This document shows, one piece after another, positions 59,688 to 64,000 of a stretch of DNA of 64,000 nucleotides. Position numbers and translations under genes: made by a program. This DNA comes from a virus: positions 32,001 to 96,000 of the IMG/VR virus record IMGVR_UViG_3300047160_007578; one strand, 5' to 3'. The notes beneath the pieces were generated by a model. The model was not told where the DNA came from, ran no database searches, and was given only the letters and a program-made list of their open reading frames with translations. Each line of letters starts with the position of its first letter. Position 1 is the first letter of the stretch.

Positions 59688-60217
59688 TGAATCTTCCTTT
59701 TCTCGATCAGTCTAATAGTACGGTCATTCGTGAGAATAAATTCAAGCGCCATGTATTGAGTCATAGCGGCATCTTCCAATCGACCATAGGCCAATGTTCC
59801 AAATTCGCGGACTTCAAATGATTGACCATTGGAGCAGCAATTAAGTAATGCGGATCGCCATTCATGCAACGTGCCCGATACTATTGAGATTCGGAAGTTC
59901 TCCAGACATGACTTCGCTGCCGTGAAGTGAAGTCTGGAACGATTAATAATCTCTAAGAGTGCCGCATCCGTGCAGACCAGAATGAATGAAACATGAACGT
60001 GAACCAACAAATGATTTGCAGCTTCAAACGGTTCACTGCCGGGCGTATCAATTTCTTTCAGAGCGACGATGAAATCAGACAACGATTTCGTGGGCGTGAT
60101 CCAACGCGCATTCAATTGCTCAAGAGGGTTTCGCTTGAGAACGTCAGAGACTTCTCTCAAAAAGGTATCCCAATCAACTTGTGTTTGTGCTATCGGTATT
60201 AGGCGGATCATAGTCAA
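59684..60217 (-). CDS. divergent ThyX-like protein
   Basis: HLLVHVHVSF and IVSGTLHEWR..L...EVR resemble ThyX segments; RHR signature absent. Confidence 0.45.
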   Translation of the reverse strand: MTMIRLIPIAQTQVDWDTFLREVSDVLKRNPLEQLNARWITPTKSLSDFIVALKEIDTPGSEPFEAANHLLVHVHVSFILVCTDAALLEIINRSRLHFTAAKSCLENFRISIVSGTLHEWRSALLNCCSNGQSFEVREFGTLAYGRLEDAAMTQYMALEFILTNDRTIRLIEKRKIQ

Positions 60218-60371
60218 GCCTTATTCTCGGCAATGGGCATTGAAGCGTGTCGCCGTTTCTGACAACGACACCATCCATGTGAACTGTTCCGTTACCGTCA
60301 TCGACAGCCGTGTAAATCTCGCGGTGTCCTTCTCGTCGAGTCACGACTACTTCAACTTCACACTCTTCCAT

Positions 60372-60610
60372 TGGTTCGCACTCACAGCGGGGTTGAACAG
60401 GCTGTTTGGTTCACGCGTGGAATGTGACTTCACACCCGACTGCTGGTTCTCGCAACGGATAAGGCTACGCGCATCGTCATCGGTTCTCACCATGTGCATG
60501 ACTACACGTTTGACTTGGTTCCCGCACACTGCATGGCTGCACACTTCCATTGTTTCTCGCGAAGAAGGTGGCTACGCTCGGTACCTGGTTCTCGCCGCGG
60601 GTCTGTTTAC
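60372..60610 (-). ncRNA. orphan TIGR-like array (~7 units)
   Basis: TGGTTCNCRC repeats alternating with TGRCTRCRC-type repeats, 8-10-nt spacers. Confidence 0.8.
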
Positions 60611-60798
60611 TTCTTTTTCTTCTTGGCCATGCCTTTGAGCGTCTTGGCCAAGTTGCATCGTTTCTGCGTGGTGCCCGACAGGTTGCCCTGGGCACAGAAC
60701 TCGCTGATCGACATTCCGGCTGCAGCTGCTTGTCGCGTGAGTGCTCCCGGATTTTTGATCGCCTTCTGGATGAACTTCTTGGCCTTCTTTTTCGCCAT
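60607..60798 (-). CDS. small basic phage protein
   Basis: MAKKKAKKFIQKAIKNPGAL...LAKTLKGM. Confidence 0.7.
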   Translation of the reverse strand: MAKKKAKKFIQKAIKNPGALTRQAAAAGMSISEFCAQGNLSGTTQKRCNLAKTLKGMAKKKKK

Positions 60799-60862
60799 GA
60801 CAAACCCCTTACCTTTGGTTCGCACGCAGTCATTGGGTTTGATTAAAAATCCAATCAAAGGG

Positions 60863-60888
60863 GTGCCCGGTCATTGCTGACCGGGCAC
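60863..60888. terminator. hairpin, likely terminator
   Basis: perfect 11-bp stem GTGCCCGGTCA/TGACCGGGCAC; short U run follows on the minus strand. Confidence 0.65.
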
Positions 60889-60925
60889 ACACGGGGCTCC
60901 CACCCACACAGGAGGGAGGCTACGA

Positions 60926-61624
60926 CTACCGGGCACGTGCGCCGTCAGCGGGAGCCGCGCCTGCCGCCTGTGCTGGCGGAAAGTCAGCGGCCTCGCGCTC
61001 GGACTCGCCCGGACTCATGAACTTCTCGGCCAACGTTTTCGCGGTATCAACGTCGAACGGTTCGATCGGCGATGCGTACGGGATGCAGACGGGAACGTGC
61101 CACTTGAATTCCTTGCTGGAAACGAGTCGCGACTTCATCGTGCCGGCGGACTTGGCGTCGAGCAGTCGCTTCATATTGCGGCCTTCCGGCCGTGCGGACT
61201 TGGAGCCGAACAGGAAAGTAGCGAAGTCCTTGACCGACGGCACCCAAATCAAGAACTGCGGGCCATAGGCGCACTTCGAGTCCTTTTCCTCGGACTCCGC
61301 CATGACCTCCTTGAACTCGGGGGACTCCGGATTGTAATACGAGTCGATCTGTTCCGTCCCGAAGCGAAGCGCCGCGAAGCGGTACGCGAGGGCATAGAAC
61401 TGATACTCGTTTGATAAGGCGACGAAATCGTCCTTGTTGCGGATGAACGCGAAGTGTCCGACGCTGATCTTGCCCTCCTGCGCGAGTGCGTTGTTGCCGC
61501 CGCAGAGCTGCACGCGGCTGAGGAACGCGGCCCGGACGAGGCCGTCGAACATCTGGTCGGACTGAGCAGTCGCACCGAAAGTCGGCAGATTCGCGTTCGG
61601 ATTCGTGGTCATTTCCTGAGCCAT
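60926..61624 (-). CDS. putative ssDNA-binding / replication accessory protein
   Basis: high-GC3 codon style, beta-rich core, flexible tail; function inferred from context only. Confidence 0.5.
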   Translation of the reverse strand: MAQEMTTNPNANLPTFGATAQSDQMFDGLVRAAFLSRVQLCGGNNALAQEGKISVGHFAFIRNKDDFVALSNEYQFYALAYRFAALRFGTEQIDSYYNPESPEFKEVMAESEEKDSKCAYGPQFLIWVPSVKDFATFLFGSKSARPEGRNMKRLLDAKSAGTMKSRLVSSKEFKWHVPVCIPYASPIEPFDVDTAKTLAEKFMSPGESEREAADFPPAQAAGAAPADGARAR

Positions 61625-61682
61625 GATCTGTACTCTCTTTCGTTGAAAATCGGTAGAGTGAAAGACATCCTGCCAGTTGATC

Positions 61683-62162
61683 CTATAAATCTTGATCATT
61701 AATCAAATCATCTTGATTGGATACTTCTATCCAATTCCCGAAATAAACACCCAACACTCCAAACCTATTCATTTCTACAACTGTACACGGTATTGCGAAT
61801 TTATTCACAGGCTTATTAGAATCATGCCAGATAAGCGTAACCAGAACATGTCGTGTCGTTCCGACTTCAGGCCACGGTATTGTCCGAACATATACTGAGC
61901 ATCTTGCTCTGACCGGTGTATCAGGACGAAGCAATAATGGATCGCCCGATTCAACACACATGAACATCATATTGGTCATATCGACTTCTTCGCCGAACAT
62001 ATTATAGGCGACTATTGTGAATGATGAATCGCAATGATCAATAATCGCAAAATTAACGATATTATTTTTCTGTCCCGGATGTAATAACTTTTGGAGAACA
62101 CGCCGGAACCAGCTGGGGATGTTCCGGCGTGTTTCCACCGACCTGCCAGGGAGACTGCTCAA
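61683..62162 (-). CDS. hypothetical protein
   Basis: tiles operon. Confidence 0.5.
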   Translation of the reverse strand: MSSLPGRSVETRRNIPSWFRRVLQKLLHPGQKNNIVNFAIIDHCDSSFTIVAYNMFGEEVDMTNMMFMCVESGDPLLLRPDTPVRARCSVYVRTIPWPEVGTTRHVLVTLIWHDSNKPVNKFAIPCTVVEMNRFGVLGVYFGNWIEVSNQDDLINDQDL

Positions 62163-62489
62163 TCAATCACCCACGTTGTAGTCGCCCTTGCCCGGTGAAC
62201 CCGGCGCCTTGCGCGGGGTCTGACCGGACTGGCCGACCGTATCGCCGTTGTCCTTGGCCGCGCCCGGGGTCTCGAAATCCTCGTGATACAGTTCGGGATT
62301 CGGGACACCGCTGCCGACCTCGCCAGCGCCCGGAGGCGACGGGGACGCGCCGGCCGACTGAACCGCGGGAACGTTGGAGACCGTGCGATCAAGCGTGCCG
62401 CCGATGTAGTTGCCCGTGTCGGGAGTCATAGTTATCTCGGGAAACGATTCCGGCTGTGGCAACTTCGGGTGGGGAAGAACGCCGTCCAT
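62163..62489 (-). CDS. low-complexity hypothetical protein
   Basis: AAAGGA RBS; Pro/Gly-rich. Confidence 0.6.
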   Translation of the reverse strand: MDGVLPHPKLPQPESFPEITMTPDTGNYIGGTLDRTVSNVPAVQSAGASPSPPGAGEVGSGVPNPELYHEDFETPGAAKDNGDTVGQSGQTPRKAPGSPGKGDYNVGD

Positions 62490-62655
62490 GTTTTGGTCCT
62501 TTCTGTTGAGTTCAATATTATTTCACCGTATTGTGTTTAATCATATCCGATATTGTGATCTTTAATCAATTCTCGCCGTGGCCACCTGCCAACCATTAAC
62601 TACCCAGCCAACAGGTGGCCACGAGCGATTATCAAGGTCAACAGCGGACTTGTCG

Positions 62656-63777
62656 TTACTTGGCCCCGGCGGTCGCAGGGGCGGGAGCGGGCTCCTTGGC
62701 AGCCTGTGCGGCGCGTTCGGCGATCCGCTTTTCGAGTTCCTGCCGCGTCTTCTCGGCTTCGTCCTGCTTCTGCTTCGTGCGCTCGAGCGCCCGCTTGTCG
62801 CTCTCCTCCTTGCGCTTCTTCTCGCGGGCGTCGTGCTCCTGCTTCTGCACCACCTTGCTGTCCGGGTCCATATGCAGAGTCCACGCGACGCCGAGTGCGA
62901 AGGCTTCGGTCGGGTCCGTGATCTTTAATCCCTTGACGAGCAAGGGACCGATGACGGCCTTCTCGAACTCGCCCTTGACCTCGCTGAGCTTGCGGGCGTG
63001 GGCCACCGGCTGGAACTCCGGCGGCGACTCGGCGCGGCCCTTCTTGCGAGCTTCCTTGATCTCCTTGACGCGGGCGGCGACCGCGGCGGAGAACTCACCG
63101 GCGGCTTGCGTCATGGCGCGGTCGACCCAGGCCGGCTGTTCCTCCACGGGGAGCTTGGCCAGTTCGGTCGCGTTGAAGAGCTTGATGCGCGCGTCGTCCA
63201 CGAGGGGCTTGATTTCCTCGTGCAGATGCTTGACCATGCCGAGCATCTTGTGAATCCAGGTAGTGGACTTGGAGAGCTTGCCCGACAACTCGGTGATCGT
63301 CATGAGCGGGTTGCGTTCGAGCAGGCGTGCGATCTGCTGCGCGTACTGGACAGGCCGCGTCTCGATCTTCTGCGCGTTGGCGATGATCTGCATTTCCTCG
63401 ATACGCGCCTGATCCGCGGTCGTGATGTGTGCCGGGATTTCCTTGATGCCCGCGTCGAGCGACGCGTTGTAGCGCTGCAGGCCGTCAATCAGGCCGTAGA
63501 GCTTAGCGCCGGGCTTCTCGGGGTCTTCGACTTCCCGGACAACAATGGGGTTGAGAACGCCGTCCTTGCGAATCGACGCGACGAGTCCGAGATAATCCTC
63601 ATTCTCGCGATCGACCGGCCGAAGCGCGACCGGATTCTCGCGAATGAGTCCGATGGGAATGTACCGCAAGGTATCGCCGTTGGCCGATGTTGCCAATGCG
63701 GGATTTTCCTTTGCCGGCGGATGCGCCGGTTCCTTTGCGGCAGGTGGAGTTTTCGTCGCTTGTTTGGTCTCAGCCAT
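62656..63777 (-). CDS. ParB N-terminal-domain protein with HTH and long charged C-terminus
   Basis: LVASIRKDGVLNPIVVR, LIDGLQRY, HTH MTITELSGKLSKSTTWI. Confidence 0.85.
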   Translation of the reverse strand: MAETKQATKTPPAAKEPAHPPAKENPALATSANGDTLRYIPIGLIRENPVALRPVDRENEDYLGLVASIRKDGVLNPIVVREVEDPEKPGAKLYGLIDGLQRYNASLDAGIKEIPAHITTADQARIEEMQIIANAQKIETRPVQYAQQIARLLERNPLMTITELSGKLSKSTTWIHKMLGMVKHLHEEIKPLVDDARIKLFNATELAKLPVEEQPAWVDRAMTQAAGEFSAAVAARVKEIKEARKKGRAESPPEFQPVAHARKLSEVKGEFEKAVIGPLLVKGLKITDPTEAFALGVAWTLHMDPDSKVVQKQEHDAREKKRKEESDKRALERTKQKQDEAEKTRQELEKRIAERAAQAAKEPAPAPATAGAK

Positions 63778-63878
63778 TGATACGTACTCCCTGATAAATG
63801 ATCCGGTGGACTCGACATAACTACGCCGTCAGGTCGTGTTTCACCATACATGCGCCTCTTTCCGTTCTCAATCATTTC

Positions 63879-63975
63879 GATTATTGATCACGTCTACCAA
63901 TTCGATTATTAATCAGATATTATTGTTCGCCCCACCGAATCATCAACGATTAATAATCCCCAGCGATTAATAATC
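63879..63975. promoter_or_regulatory. cluster of four GATYWNWRATC palindromes upstream of the ParB gene
   Basis: GATTATTGATC 63879, GATTATTAATC 63904, GATTAATAATC 63948 and 63965. Confidence 0.7.
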
Positions 63976-64000
63976 ACGGAACCGACTCAGAACCCAACGT

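Overview
This window looks like 64 kb of a large dsDNA bacteriophage genome, covering the early/accessory and replication region; I recognised no virion structural genes. After a 5'-truncated + strand ATPase at the left edge, nearly all genes are densely packed on the minus strand. Most are small hypotheticals. Recognisable genes include family A DNA polymerase, SNF2 helicase, ATP-dependent ligase, ThyX, dUTPase, HAD nucleotidase, PD-(D/E)XK exonuclease, two ParB proteins, two DNA methyltransferases, a sigma-like factor, NYN, VRR-NUC, HNH-AP2 and a tRNA-like gene. Three non-coding architectures stand out. (1) A nuclease-less Nop-domain (IS110-related) protein at 25888-26958 is flanked by dual-repeat arrays (+ strand TGGTTCTCAC-N8-TGGTTACRC-N8, 35-nt period), matching a TIGR-TasA RNA-guided system, with at least nine more arrays or fragments dispersed from 23.7 to 60.6 kb. 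(2) An 11-bp palindrome GATYWNWRATC occurs more than 100 times by eye tally, against about 1 expected by chance. It sits mostly at gene junctions, clusters upstream of a ParB gene and is inserted into some array loop repeats. (3) Four ~113-bp promoter cassettes are bounded by 17-bp inverted repeats. All functional calls come from motifs read by eye; no database search was run.
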